Positions 10,701-18,983 of a DNA stretch of 64,000 nt are shown piece after piece; the first letter of the stretch is position 1, and each line of letters begins with the position of its first letter. This DNA is from a virus (lineage: Duplodnaviria > Caudoviricetes). The stretch spans positions 32,517 through 96,516 of the IMG/VR virus record IMGVR_UViG_3300021400_001091; one strand, 5' to 3'. The notes under the pieces were generated by a model that saw only the letters and a list, made by a program, of their open reading frames with translations, did no database searches and was not told the origin of the DNA. Both the position numbers and the translations under genes were made by a program.

Positions 10701-11303
10701 TGGATCTGTTTCTCCAGTGTCTAAATTTAAGGCACCAAAATTCCTCGCCGCTGTAACTTCATATAAAGGTTCTTGTACTGTCTGCTGAAGAAGATCACAA
10801 TCCTCTTCATCAATAATCCAATCAGTACCTTTAATCGTTTCCGCGCCGAGTTCAGTTATCGTACCTAAATTGTTATTCAATTCTGTAGCAAACTCAACAT
10901 TATAACCTTGCTTTGAAAGCTCATTTATAAATATATCCGTCGCTGTATAAGAAAAAGTCTGATTTTCAGAATCTTCTTGACACTCCTTTATAATAAAGTC
11001 ATACCATTTATCATTATAATATAACTTTACCTTCCTTTCATTTACTAACAAAGGATAAATAGGATTGGTAATATAGTCCCCAACCTTTTCATCAAAATAA
11101 TAATGTTGTAAAGTAAAGGTTAAAGTTTTTTCTCCATTTACATTCTCCGTTAGTACCGGATCATATACCTTTTGTGGAGCAGGAAAGTCATCACCGCCGA
11201 TTATAGCAATCTTTCTTTCTCGATAATAACTTTCCCCGTCCTCTGGAGTGACCAACTCATCTTCCCATACGGAAATTTCATATTTTTTGAGCATCTCACT
11301 CAT
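4791..11303 (-). CDS. Large tail-tip / baseplate hub protein (Tal-like minor structural protein)
   Basis: 2170 aa directly after Dit; N-terminal hub (ENVNGEKTLTF, LVNERKVKL, GFKYGINLNSISRTVDS), coiled coil, LTAGTINT beta-repeat region. Confidence 0.75.
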   Translation of the reverse strand: MSEMLKKYEISVWEDELVTPEDGESYYRERKIAIIGGDDFPAPQKVYDPVLTENVNGEKTLTFTLQHYYFDEKVGDYITNPIYPLLVNERKVKLYYNDKWYDFIIKECQEDSENQTFSYTATDIFINELSKQGYNVEFATELNNNLGTITELGAETIKGTDWIIDEEDCDLLQQTVQEPLYEVTAARNFGALNLDTGETDPIELGEKLYVFYSYVSNEDYTNVQFLRDSDKESWKYDDNDTIVGTNYRYQGDGTSLFESDKTPYYANQAYRLVYQPRAVYDPIMGQYVDVYRANYTDGTQDIYKVVTTEYNTSSVVTSVVTNGNDFAIVDNAKVTGWDDFVAFTGDEKPEAKLYSYPIIDTNTKLASLEEMNQLSSYLKVSTHAPITSDSTGYKNLVFNRGFMDYGGRIDSISKGEEYAFRMRIGKINANGQPIKDTNYSNVKVYVAYYKTVKQDVEGTSTDVKTFTDNDIIFEFKTPFDYSLNKITGGELNTNKTVYTIDNIPQAPSLKYIYVNIEKQNNQEVEKNYIWNPNNSTYVSYSVSNPNWFLDTYITTANAKVTVTNEKLTDPTIHIGIFIGTTDGVDRYFGDVEIFKVLRDTEDNIILPGNAPSTLITNRELYYLKPENSTQVSSMNTYSSLEDIASDLGIEPDLIQQVYNENCEKILSIEESKSNIFNILQTLCETFECWLKITVEHERNGAIKLDKDHKPIKKISFKEYVGKENSAGFKYGINLNSISRTVDSNEVVTKLIVAETASDYAENGTLSIAYADSNPLRESVIYNLDYYVQKGLIRDKEQYNRDLNNLYEQVGPLNEEIQQLSSDLALANNALINVKSQANVYAETIAAAQDKYNEALDDFEEIAGISYANFTGKKFDDEKKAETLMETVGALYAAQSLLNNVSGPETSANEEYKRLQLLINGVPEYSITVSTTKPETQDTQDDDASTTYKAKVLVSDYIEGLKFTLKSEDNEKTFTTSLNDKEFEFLTNSPCTYLIIENVPTNYLFEYTHIDTGKKDKVTTGSFKIYNEAADEGMVRKFALVPTEAAQAQYKGYQDQIDEKIAEKQELINAFERKYRQYIQEGTWEEDSYIDSNLYYFDALQVAHTSAKPQITYTINVTEVSAIEGLEGYTFAIGDKTYVEDTEFFGWTVDEVSVGNDIVEIYTPVQEEVILSEIEWHLDDPSANVITVQNYKTQFEDLFQRISATVQSVQYNESSYSRAAKILDKNGTINKDLLSKSLSGLVGNAYPISPYIKIDDTGIIAQDQQAQSNLVKLAGSGIYASVDGGKSWKNIVNANGITTDSLTAGTINTQNIQIMDGNNTSFRWDQAGLNAYGGDGTEGYDLTSFVRMDRFGIYGVKHGEDEYGNPIYIYDELNKVIDAAHFSLTWDGFRIKNSYTNGYVSLTSDNDFEVIRLLPSAGRSLRSSNLVPVTKIKIGALEKDSEGVPTKYGINIYNDSGEPVFTTNDDGNIAITGRINATGGDFSGNIQVGSEDQFIMIDAESEQPAIFSSNYLHNTSTGWIIDASGDAIFNNVSVRGAIKTAVFEYSEIEAVGGAFLFRPSSTINEVFFDEDDLVVLVEQPELFRLYEWVKLSNANASIDNGGLSHIYKIKGTTDLNGLILENAGLYFEKPQIEEQEQEETELQPITFTKEENTSWYTATYDLTLIENHAYVFSFTDVAYRDTPVLIDDQLTLISENYIITNYNESTPTTNIRAYLPDLYEIYDISPNDNPAALGLYEYDVLTDTYILTEDTTPVSYKVYCYIPKEVVLEFSVSDDTYPSSSIDDLIGGALISFGYDENNESYENGRHNYGIGINSSDNYVGLPERAISLFESNIHPEATVKVSYDYKGILGTLPPLGTTLVSDIYNRQMAGSQGIFTNNMYIGDRKQYLAFYTDTNGAKRLEISAKDLIYDIDDDGNATTWEDLIEGSLTVLVSSTMGTQIVDPYSDGLLYAKVYSGEEEIDSIPDSPNFGETYEAFAGDRHPKNGEFFVFIETEVGTPNSPKRAFPKTCEITAWAEIENLNGYEVIDVQVGDSLVGLGFDVYEYNEEEEDYEKTEDMVAEEGKTYYRVTINPSENGWYELTEDGYIETEDVRVNPGKTYYQSDDWKWNLVTFIYDYQWNYSDQTTIPFSNDKIIYFTEEMINGKLIAEVTVSEKEEPEPSESESESELEP

Positions 11304-11314
11304 TCCTTTTCCTC

Positions 11315-12667
11315 CTAGTAATATAAGTAATCATAGAAAAGACGGACGGCCGCCAAATCCATACCACTTGTATCACAAACTACTTGTAGCTTTTGTATTT
11401 TACTATTTAAATCAGTTACTAAATCAAACGGCCCATAGTGAATAATCTTTGGAAAGTATCCTTTTAAAAGATATTCATTATATATATTACCCGTTGTAGA
11501 CCAAGATTCATGTTCTGTGGCATCATATTTAACACCTTCAATTAAATGATTTGCTGTATTAATTACAATGCCTGTTTCTTTTCCACTTTCATCTTTAGTT
11601 TCAATTTCTTCAAAAATCATTGTACCAGAAGGTAAGTTTACAATAAATTGCCCATCTTCTCCAGTAATTTTTCCATTATTATCAAATGGAATATAAAGTG
11701 AAAATGGCGCATCTACATCACCAGGATTATAAGTTAAATAACTAAAACCATCACTTTCTCTTACTGGTCTATCAATTAAATGATCTTCATAACTTTGTCT
11801 TGTTAAAATTCCACTTGCTTCACCCCATTCATCTATATTACTCCAAGTCGTAACAAGATTACCATGAACCATATCGGTCTCTTCATAACTTTCTAATGTT
11901 TTAAACGGCGCGCGGGCTAATGGGGAAGAACAAATAAACTCAATCGAGCCTTCTCCCTTATAAATACGTTCTTTTTCTCCAGTATGAATATAAGGATAAA
12001 TTTGTTCCCAATTATAATTATTTTTAACTGTAATCGTTATAATATCTCCATCTTCTCCATATCCGTCAAAAAGAATACCTAAATTTGGCATCGCCGTAGG
12101 AATTGGCTCTCCATTACACTCCCACATTCCACTCATAGCTAAGGTACAAACAAATTCATATGTTCCATCATCAGGATAGTAGGTCGAAAACAACTCTTGA
12201 TTTACAGAAACTTCATCAATTACTTCACTTTGAACAGATATTTGTATTGGCTCCGGCCTATCTGTAATTCTAATTCCTTTTTGAGGTTCTTCAGAGGCTA
12301 TTATTTTTTCCTCATCAAAGCACACATAGTTCAATGTAATCGGTGAAGAAATTTTAACTGTATATTCTTTCCAAGGGCGTTCATCAAAAATTAACTTCCC
12401 TGGCTTCTTTGCTGAAAACAAATATGTGATCTGTCTAAATTGTGTTTCAGTTACATGGTCGAAAGCAATTTGAATTGTTATTGTTTTGCTTCTATAATCA
12501 CTACCATAGTAGTATTCTCCATCTCGACCAACAACTCCAGTTCTTCTGTCTTCAATCTCTGGATGAAGTGTTTCCTCATACCAGTTTCCATCACTGACGT
12601 GGAGGATACCAAGATCGGAAGAGTGGACACCATTGAAACTGAATCCTATAAAATCTCTTTGATCCAT
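11315..12667 (-). CDS. Distal tail protein (Dit) with inserted domain
   Basis: FSFNGVHSSDLGI...GRDGEYYYGS...KLIFDERPWKEY...YNPGDVDAP; ends YDYLYY. Confidence 0.8.
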   Translation of the reverse strand: MDQRDFIGFSFNGVHSSDLGILHVSDGNWYEETLHPEIEDRRTGVVGRDGEYYYGSDYRSKTITIQIAFDHVTETQFRQITYLFSAKKPGKLIFDERPWKEYTVKISSPITLNYVCFDEEKIIASEEPQKGIRITDRPEPIQISVQSEVIDEVSVNQELFSTYYPDDGTYEFVCTLAMSGMWECNGEPIPTAMPNLGILFDGYGEDGDIITITVKNNYNWEQIYPYIHTGEKERIYKGEGSIEFICSSPLARAPFKTLESYEETDMVHGNLVTTWSNIDEWGEASGILTRQSYEDHLIDRPVRESDGFSYLTYNPGDVDAPFSLYIPFDNNGKITGEDGQFIVNLPSGTMIFEEIETKDESGKETGIVINTANHLIEGVKYDATEHESWSTTGNIYNEYLLKGYFPKIIHYGPFDLVTDLNSKIQKLQVVCDTSGMDLAAVRLFYDYLYY

Positions 12668-12679
12668 TTTAATCCTCCT

Positions 12680-14596
12680 TTAATTAGATGGTTTCGGTGT
12701 TTTTAAACTACCAACATAATTATAAAATTCATCTTTTACATATAATACACCCACTTTAAAACGACATTTTAAGCTATCTTTAAGTGTATTTTGTAGCCCA
12801 AAACATACTTTCGGATGGTCAGTTGCAACATCTTCTAAGAAACATTCCCATACATAGAAATCATCTGCTGCTCCATTATTGTTATACATATTCACATTCC
12901 AACTTCGAATAATTAATGGACGATAGCCATTAATTTTTTTAATATACATATATAAGTTACCACTACTATTTGAATCTCTATAAACAGCCGCATATTCATT
13001 TGCTGATGCTTCTGCTATTGCCGCTTGTGCTTTAAAAGCTAAGTTTTCTGGAATACTTCCGAAATCATGATCTTTATCGCTGTTATTAAAGGCCGGATAA
13101 GTTAATACCATGCTTTCTATTGTACCATATTTAAATAATGGTTTTAAATTGTTTATTTGGGCAATAATTTTTGAATCAACATAACTTGATAAAGTTATAC
13201 CTCCTATATTAATTCCATTATTTATATTAACTGGAACTTCAAAGTTCGCGCTCTCTCCATTTATCCAAAATAGAGGAGTAAAGCTTGGTATGGTTGTATC
13301 TGTAGTGCCAACTTCAAATTTTTCAGTATTTTGCTCCCCAATTGGTAAATTATTTTTACCAATTCCAAGACGAATAGAGTTTCCGTAAATGCGAGTTTGT
13401 GGATCCGGTGCAACAGCAGCATTATCAGCATCTTTCCAATCATTCTGATATGCTTCTAACGATCCCCAACCCATTGTAGTTAATAATTGAGGAGTTGCCG
13501 TTGAACCTGGAAGTTTATCGGGTCTATACCAAGGAATTATTGTATGAATTGTACCATCGTTACCTTCTGATGAATTTTCTGGAGCATCATATAAATAACC
13601 AATTCCTAAACTATTATCATAAAAATAGTTATTTGTTGTACTCGACCAAAATTTTCCTCGTCCATCTTCGCCATTATTAATAAGATCGTTGGTACTATCA
13701 ATAATAGGTGGAAGAGTGATACTACTTATTGATTCATCAGGTCTATTTAAATTAATTGTTCCCCAATCAGTTGGAATGGTAGAACCACTTGGAACAGTTG
13801 GATCATCATAGCTCAAAGTTAAGTGAGAAAGCTTTTCATCAATTTCATCGTCAATAACGTTCCAACCAACCGGTCGCTCATCATCTTCACCAGTTAAATC
13901 GTTTGCGTCTGTTACGAGCTTCGTAACTCCATAAGTATCAGCTGTGGCTTTATCAATTTGAAAAGCTTTCCAATAATAAGTTTCGTCTTCTGTATGTTCT
14001 TCTACATAAGCTACATTAACTATAATAGTATCTTCATCAACTTGATTTTCACAAGAAATTCCATATACTGTTAAATTAACAATCTGTTCATTTAGATACC
14101 AAGCACCAGTGGTCTCTTCGATCTCCTCTGTTTCTTCAGTTTCAGCAACATGATATGTAAACTGATAAGTGCCTGGAGTCGATTGAACTTCGTTAAGAAA
14201 AGTTTCTTCGCTTGTAAAGCTGGCAGTTGCCGTTTGAGCCTGATCAAATTCGGCATCAGCACCAGTAATTATATCTCCGGCAATTTTCCCACAACAATAA
14301 ACGAACCCAACCAACTGCTGCTCAGACCATTCATTATAGCCTGGATAAGTTACAGTTGGTATAGCTCCGGTAGGACCAACATCTTGAGCAGGATCGTTTA
14401 CCATCAGTTTAAGCTGTGGATAAACTTCCTCATTATTTCCATTATTAAATTTAACGATTAACTCATCTCCAACTTGGAGATCAAGCTCGTCATTATCTGT
14501 TAAATCTCCAGGATTTCGGATTATAACTTCTTTAACTAAATTCCCTTTAGGAGTATCCGAAACACCAAAATATAGCCGTCCACTTCTATTGGCCAT
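12680..14596 (-). CDS. Tail fibre-like structural protein
   Basis: 638 aa; GDELIVKF, W...GFVY...YW...AT..TYGVTKL fibre-type motifs; position in tail block. Confidence 0.6.
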   Translation of the reverse strand: MANRSGRLYFGVSDTPKGNLVKEVIIRNPGDLTDNDELDLQVGDELIVKFNNGNNEEVYPQLKLMVNDPAQDVGPTGAIPTVTYPGYNEWSEQQLVGFVYCCGKIAGDIITGADAEFDQAQTATASFTSEETFLNEVQSTPGTYQFTYHVAETEETEEIEETTGAWYLNEQIVNLTVYGISCENQVDEDTIIVNVAYVEEHTEDETYYWKAFQIDKATADTYGVTKLVTDANDLTGEDDERPVGWNVIDDEIDEKLSHLTLSYDDPTVPSGSTIPTDWGTINLNRPDESISSITLPPIIDSTNDLINNGEDGRGKFWSSTTNNYFYDNSLGIGYLYDAPENSSEGNDGTIHTIIPWYRPDKLPGSTATPQLLTTMGWGSLEAYQNDWKDADNAAVAPDPQTRIYGNSIRLGIGKNNLPIGEQNTEKFEVGTTDTTIPSFTPLFWINGESANFEVPVNINNGINIGGITLSSYVDSKIIAQINNLKPLFKYGTIESMVLTYPAFNNSDKDHDFGSIPENLAFKAQAAIAEASANEYAAVYRDSNSSGNLYMYIKKINGYRPLIIRSWNVNMYNNNGAADDFYVWECFLEDVATDHPKVCFGLQNTLKDSLKCRFKVGVLYVKDEFYNYVGSLKTPKPSN

Positions 14597-14635
14597 CTAT
14601 CAATTCCTCCTTTTAACTCCAAAATTTATAGGAAT

Positions 14636-14677
14636 AAAAAAATCTACCTAATTCTATAAATTAAGTAGACTTTTTTC
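14636..14677 (-). terminator. Terminator hairpin containing the CTACTTA late-promoter core
   Basis: Minus strand gtctacttaatt-tatag-aattaggtagat followed by a T-run. Confidence 0.6.
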
Positions 14678-14705
14678 TGTCGCCATACACTTTATTAAAC
14701 TCCAG

Positions 14706-15056
14706 CTACTTTTCTTTAGTATCCTCACATACAAATGTCTCCACAGCTAAACCAGGACGCTTCTCCAGCTTACAAAAATCTTCATAAAGCTTCGCTCCCG
14801 TCCCATTTCCACCAATTTCGGTATAAACCTGAAACATTTCGGTTACATTATCAAATTCGTCAAAAGTAGTATATCCACGTAAAATAGCGTGTTGAGTGTA
14901 TCTATAAACTAAGTCATGAAGTATGACTAAATCGGCCTTTTTTCTTGTGTCGTTTCTTTCATCTCTACGCTTAACTTTATAAAGGATGTAAGTCCAAAAT
15001 CCTTGAGAAGCTAGAATTGCAGAGATTAAAAGAACTATAAAACTAGTATCACCCAT
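14706..15056 (-). CDS. Holin-like membrane protein
   Basis: Start moved to ATG 15056 (GGAGGG SD); N-terminal TM helix; LHDLVY...Y..IGGNGTG motif seen in phage lysis-region proteins. Confidence 0.55.
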   Translation of the reverse strand: MGDTSFIVLLISAILASQGFWTYILYKVKRRDERNDTRKKADLVILHDLVYRYTQHAILRGYTTFDEFDNVTEMFQVYTEIGGNGTGAKLYEDFCKLEKRPGLAVETFVCEDTKEK

Positions 15057-15091
15057 ATTAAAATCCCTCCGCAAACAATACGTTCTGAAAA

Positions 15092-15126
15092 TAAGTAGAG
15101 TTAGAGATGACTAACTTTACTTTTAT
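15092..15126. promoter_or_regulatory. Divergent promoter region between late and early blocks
   Basis: CTACTTA on the minus strand (15092-15098) and a similar TTACTTT on the plus strand (15117-15123) between divergent genes. Confidence 0.45.
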
Positions 15127-15142
15127 GGGGAGGAATTGACAA

Positions 15143-15556
15143 ATGAGCAGCTACGAAGAAAAAATTATAATGGTCTTAGGGCGGGACCGAATTGATTTTG
15201 AAAGAGAGAAACGCTTTTCAGATTTGAAAGGTGGAAAGTATAGATACGACTTTTACGTTTACTGCGCGCAGTCAAGAAATTGTATCATAGAGGTCAATGG
15301 AGAGCAGCATTACCGCAGAGTTGGTAAATTCCATCGCTCCCGCGCAGACTTCGAAAAAGCTAAGGAGCGGGATCGCCGTAAGATCAGCTACGCCCTCGCC
15401 AACAACATCCCAATTTATATTATCCCATTTTGGGAGATTGAAAACATTAAAACCAGCTCTGACATTTTCCAGGAAAAGTTTAGAGCTAGAGATAAGTGGA
15501 AGAACGATCGCGATTTTTCAATTTATTCAAAATTTGACGGCCGTGGCAAAATTTGA
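15143..15556 (+). CDS. PD-(D/E)XK endonuclease (DUF559/Vsr-like)
   Basis: YRYDFYV...IIEVNGEQHY...RDRRKISYA...IPIYIIPFWE. Confidence 0.75.
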   Translation: MSSYEEKIIMVLGRDRIDFEREKRFSDLKGGKYRYDFYVYCAQSRNCIIEVNGEQHYRRVGKFHRSRADFEKAKERDRRKISYALANNIPIYIIPFWEIENIKTSSDIFQEKFRARDKWKNDRDFSIYSKFDGRGKI

Positions 15557-15562
15557 TATACT
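15534..15562 (+). promoter_or_regulatory. sigmaA-type promoter
   Basis: TTGACG-17-TATACT with TG. Confidence 0.65.
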
Positions 15563-15642
15563 ATAATTGGGCGAAGCGCAAAAAGTTCAAAAAAAATTTC
15601 AAAACAATTTATTATATTATATATATAAGGAGGAAGTATCTA

Positions 15643-16671
15643 ATGGTAGATTTTTCTATGGAGCTTCTTCTTTTTTGTATTTTACTTATAATAATATTAA
15701 TATTTGTATTAAAGAGCGCCAGTAAGAAGAAACAAAGAATTAATGAGTTAGAAAGGTTAAAAAAAGATGAATTAAAAGAATACTTTAAAGAAGAATCGAA
15801 AAGGTACCAACGGGAACTAAATCTGGAAAAAGATAATGCTAGAATTAAAGCAGAAGCAGAATTAGTAGGTATACAAAATAAGATAAATAACTTTCAAGGC
15901 GTTTTACAAGAAAAGGAAAAGCGTTATATGGAAGTTAATCAAGACTTAGATTTATATAGACGAGGAAAAATAGAAGAAATAGATAAGGCGGCCAAATCAG
16001 AAGAACAGCGACAAAAGTTACTTGTTGATAGGTCAGTAGACGTATATCGAGATTTACAGATTGATAAAGCTAATGAAATTCTTTCAGAACTTTTGGAAAT
16101 TAAAAAATCTAAAGAAAAAGAAATTGAAGAAATTCAAAATGAATTAGAGGTAGAACGTAGTAAGCGCGCCGCTATAAACGAAGAGATTTTACGACAGCGT
16201 GCCCTCGACGAACAGCAAGACTTTTATCGTATACAAATTAAAGAGGAAGATATTAAAGATATAGAAATTCTACGCTCAATAGTTCCTCGTTTACGCCATC
16301 CAGAAGCAATTAATAAAGTAATTTGGACCGCTTACTATCAAAAACCACTTGCTGAACTTAGAAAGCGCGAGGCCGTTGAAGGTAGTGGTGTGTATAAGAT
16401 AACTCGAATGAAAACAGGCGAGATTTATATAGGTCAAGCAGTTAATATATCAACTCGTTGGACTGAACACGTCAAGTCTGCATTGGGAGTTGGAACTTTA
16501 GCTTCTTCGCAACTTCATCGAGTTATGAGAGAAGATGGTCCAGAGAACTTTACTTGGGAAGTTTTAGAAGAAGTATCAAAAGATAAATTAAAAGAAAGAG
16601 AGTCATTTTATATTGATTTCTATGACTCAAAAACTTACGGATTAAATACTGTAAGTGGTAAGAAAAACTGA
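15643..16671 (+). CDS. Membrane-anchored coiled-coil protein with C-terminal GIY-YIG nuclease
   Basis: Start moved to 15643 (AGGAGG SD); hydrophobic N-terminal helix, long coiled coil, GVYKIT...IYIGQA..I..RW..H...E...N. Confidence 0.8.
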   Translation: MVDFSMELLLFCILLIIILIFVLKSASKKKQRINELERLKKDELKEYFKEESKRYQRELNLEKDNARIKAEAELVGIQNKINNFQGVLQEKEKRYMEVNQDLDLYRRGKIEEIDKAAKSEEQRQKLLVDRSVDVYRDLQIDKANEILSELLEIKKSKEKEIEEIQNELEVERSKRAAINEEILRQRALDEQQDFYRIQIKEEDIKDIEILRSIVPRLRHPEAINKVIWTAYYQKPLAELRKREAVEGSGVYKITRMKTGEIYIGQAVNISTRWTEHVKSALGVGTLASSQLHRVMREDGPENFTWEVLEEVSKDKLKERESFYIDFYDSKTYGLNTVSGKKN

Positions 16672-16708
16672 GACGGCAACGACAGTTGACCGTAAGGAGG
16701 AAAAAGAA

Positions 16709-17779
16709 ATGTTAAGCAAATTACAGGAATTTATTGTTGAAACAAATGAACCAAGAGTTTTAGTATCAAGCGCCGCTGCGTCAGGTAAAACGGAAGTCTT
16801 AATTCAGAGACTTAAGTTTCTTCTTGATAGTGGTATTGACCCTTCAAAAATTGTTGCGATTACTTTTACTAATAATGCAGCATCGGTAATGTATGAACGT
16901 TTAGGGCGGCCGGTCGGTTTATTTATCGGTACAGTTCATTCATATTGTAACTATTTGTTACGGAGCAGTGCGATTGATACGTCAAACTTATTAGATGATG
17001 AACGATTTGATGATTTGTTTCCTTTAATTAAGGAAAATCCTTTCTGCTTTAAAGAAGTCGATCATTTACTTGTCGATGAAGCGCAGGATTCTACCGAGGC
17101 GCAGTTTGAATTCTTCGAACTAATCAATCCGCATAACTATATGTACTTCTTTGATATTCGTCAATCAATCTATGGCTGGAATGGCGCCGATCCAGAATAT
17201 CTAATTAAGAAAATGGGTGAGCCAGATGTGGTGGTTTATCGAATGAATCAAAACTATCGCAATCTACCAGACATTCTCCATTTTGCAAAAAAGTTTCTCT
17301 ATCGACTCGGCGCTGCCTATGAAGATGACTCTGTTCCAATGAGGAAGAGAGAAAATCACTACACGGTTATTGAAGGTGATATGACTCCAAGTGAAGCGGT
17401 TAACGTACTTATTAAGTCGAGCGATCGATTAAGCTCAAACTGGGGCGATTGGTTTTTACTTTGTAGGACTAATGCAGATATAGAGTTGTTCTCGAAATTA
17501 CTCAATGATAAAGGAATTCCAAATGATACCTTTAAACAATCTGAATTAACTAATTCTGAAATTGAAGACAGAATGAAGGAAGATACTGTGAAGATTCTGA
17601 CTGCACACAGCGCAAAGGGGTTAGAAAATAAATATGTAATGGTGTTTAATGTACGAGCCTATAACGATGCTGAAGCAAGGCTGTGCTATGTGGCGGCGAC
17701 TCGTGCGAGAGATTGTTTAATCTGGGTTAAAATGCCACCAAAGAAAAGAAAAGCGCCCAAAGTTGTAAGTTGGGAATAA
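16709..17779 (+). CDS. Minimal UvrD/Rep-family (SF1A) helicase
   Basis: Start at 16709 (AGGAGG SD); motifs AASGKT, AITFTN, VDEAQD, DIRQSIYGW, QNYR, TAHSAKGLE, LCYVAATRA. Confidence 0.85.
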   Translation: MLSKLQEFIVETNEPRVLVSSAAASGKTEVLIQRLKFLLDSGIDPSKIVAITFTNNAASVMYERLGRPVGLFIGTVHSYCNYLLRSSAIDTSNLLDDERFDDLFPLIKENPFCFKEVDHLLVDEAQDSTEAQFEFFELINPHNYMYFFDIRQSIYGWNGADPEYLIKKMGEPDVVVYRMNQNYRNLPDILHFAKKFLYRLGAAYEDDSVPMRKRENHYTVIEGDMTPSEAVNVLIKSSDRLSSNWGDWFLLCRTNADIELFSKLLNDKGIPNDTFKQSELTNSEIEDRMKEDTVKILTAHSAKGLENKYVMVFNVRAYNDAEARLCYVAATRARDCLIWVKMPPKKRKAPKVVSWE

Positions 17780-17806
17780 AAAAAAGAGGGTTTATACCCT
17801 CTTTTT
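17778..17806. terminator. Bidirectional intrinsic terminator
   Basis: aaaaagagggt-ttat-accctcttttt between convergent genes. Confidence 0.85.
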
Positions 17807-17813
17807 AATTTAC

Positions 17814-18257
17814 CTATTTAGGAGTTTCATTTGATAAAGTATAATAACCATCATGTTCAGTTGAAATTAAATAAGCAATCTCTTGTTCTGGAACATATAC
17901 GCTTGTTGTTCCAGGACCAACTACTTTATCAGTAACTCCACACATATCATCTATTATTACAAATTTATCATTACCTTGTTGTGTAACTTTAAATTGATTT
18001 TCTCCATAAGTTGAATCATGCTCTAAAATTGTTGCGACTCCGTCTAGCATTTCACCTGGTGATACGGGTACGTTAACCGTAACTTTCTTATAAACCTTAC
18101 CCTCATCTGGTGTATAAACCTTATTCTCTGTAGCTTCAAGTTCGATTTCTTCCTTATTATCTCCCTCTGCAAAGCCATCTAACATACCAGAAATAACGGC
18201 AGGATTTGTATTACTTGGGGTTTCCCCAAGATACTCTAAAATATCGTCTTTAGTCAT
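17814..18257 (-). CDS. Hypothetical, possibly virion-associated protein
   Basis: 147 aa; TPSNTNPAV and TENKVYTP...VTVNVP motifs; GGAGG SD; late-motif variant upstream. Confidence 0.7.
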   Translation of the reverse strand: MTKDDILEYLGETPSNTNPAVISGMLDGFAEGDNKEEIELEATENKVYTPDEGKVYKKVTVNVPVSPGEMLDGVATILEHDSTYGENQFKVTQQGNDKFVIIDDMCGVTDKVVGPGTTSVYVPEQEIAYLISTEHDGYYTLSNETPK

Positions 18258-18331
18258 TGGTATATACCTCCTTATAAAAATAATAGATCTATCAAATATA
18301 AGTCACAGAACTTATCAATAACTCTCATAAT

Positions 18332-18360
18332 TTGATTTTTATTTTAAAATATGATATAAT
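18332..18360 (+). promoter_or_regulatory. sigmaA-type promoter
   Basis: TTGATT-17-TATAAT with TG. Confidence 0.7.
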
Positions 18361-18385
18361 AATAATAGGATTAAAGGAGGCTGAA

Positions 18386-18820
18386 ATGGAAGAAAAAAGA
18401 ATTGAACAACTTTTCAATAAGGCACTCTGTGAACGTTATCCATTCTTAATTCCTCGAAACCGTTTTAGTGATAAAATTATAAATGATTGGAACTATGAAT
18501 GGACAGAACTTGATGTAATGGAAGAAGGCTGGCGCAAAGCTTTTGGAATCCAATTCATGGAAGAGTTAAGAGAAAATTTGATTTCTATTAATTTTTTAGA
18601 TAAACTAAGAATATTACAAATTAAAGAAAAATACGGTGTCCTTCGTTTTTACGTTGGTGGTGCATCGAAAGAAATATACGATATAATTCATAAATATGAA
18701 AAATTATCATCTCACTACTGTTATAGGTGCGGCGCGCCAGGTAAATTAGAATGTTGGGACGGATGGTTTATAACTTGGTGCGAAGATTGTAAAGAAAAGA
18801 TTATGAATAGAAATGTTTAA
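18386..18820 (+). CDS. Conserved phage hypothetical protein with zinc ribbon
   Basis: Start at 18386 (AGGAGG SD); QIKEKYGVLRFY...CYRCG...WCEDC. Confidence 0.75.
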   Translation: MEEKRIEQLFNKALCERYPFLIPRNRFSDKIINDWNYEWTELDVMEEGWRKAFGIQFMEELRENLISINFLDKLRILQIKEKYGVLRFYVGGASKEIYDIIHKYEKLSSHYCYRCGAPGKLECWDGWFITWCEDCKEKIMNRNV

Positions 18821-18983
18821 AGCAAAACGTAAAGATACAGGAGTTATCTATCAAGTATTAGACACTTGGTTTGACGAAATCTTCCATCAAACCTATTTTT
18901 TAGTCTGGGACAATAATAAATGGAGATGGCGTCCAGCCGATAAATTTGTCCCGCCTAATGTGGAGGTTAAGAATGAAGACTGA
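18813..18983 (+). CDS. Small hypothetical protein (56 aa)
   Basis: Not in ORF track; MFKAKRKDTG...FLVWDNNKWRWRPADKFVPP fills the gap and overlaps both neighbours. Confidence 0.6.
   Translation: MFKAKRKDTGVIYQVLDTWFDEIFHQTYFLVWDNNKWRWRPADKFVPPNVEVKNED

Noticed and set aside
15643-16671. GIY-YIG gene as a homing endonuclease
   Set aside because: Nuclease domain is C-terminal behind a TM helix and coiled coil, with no NUMOD-type DNA-binding repeats
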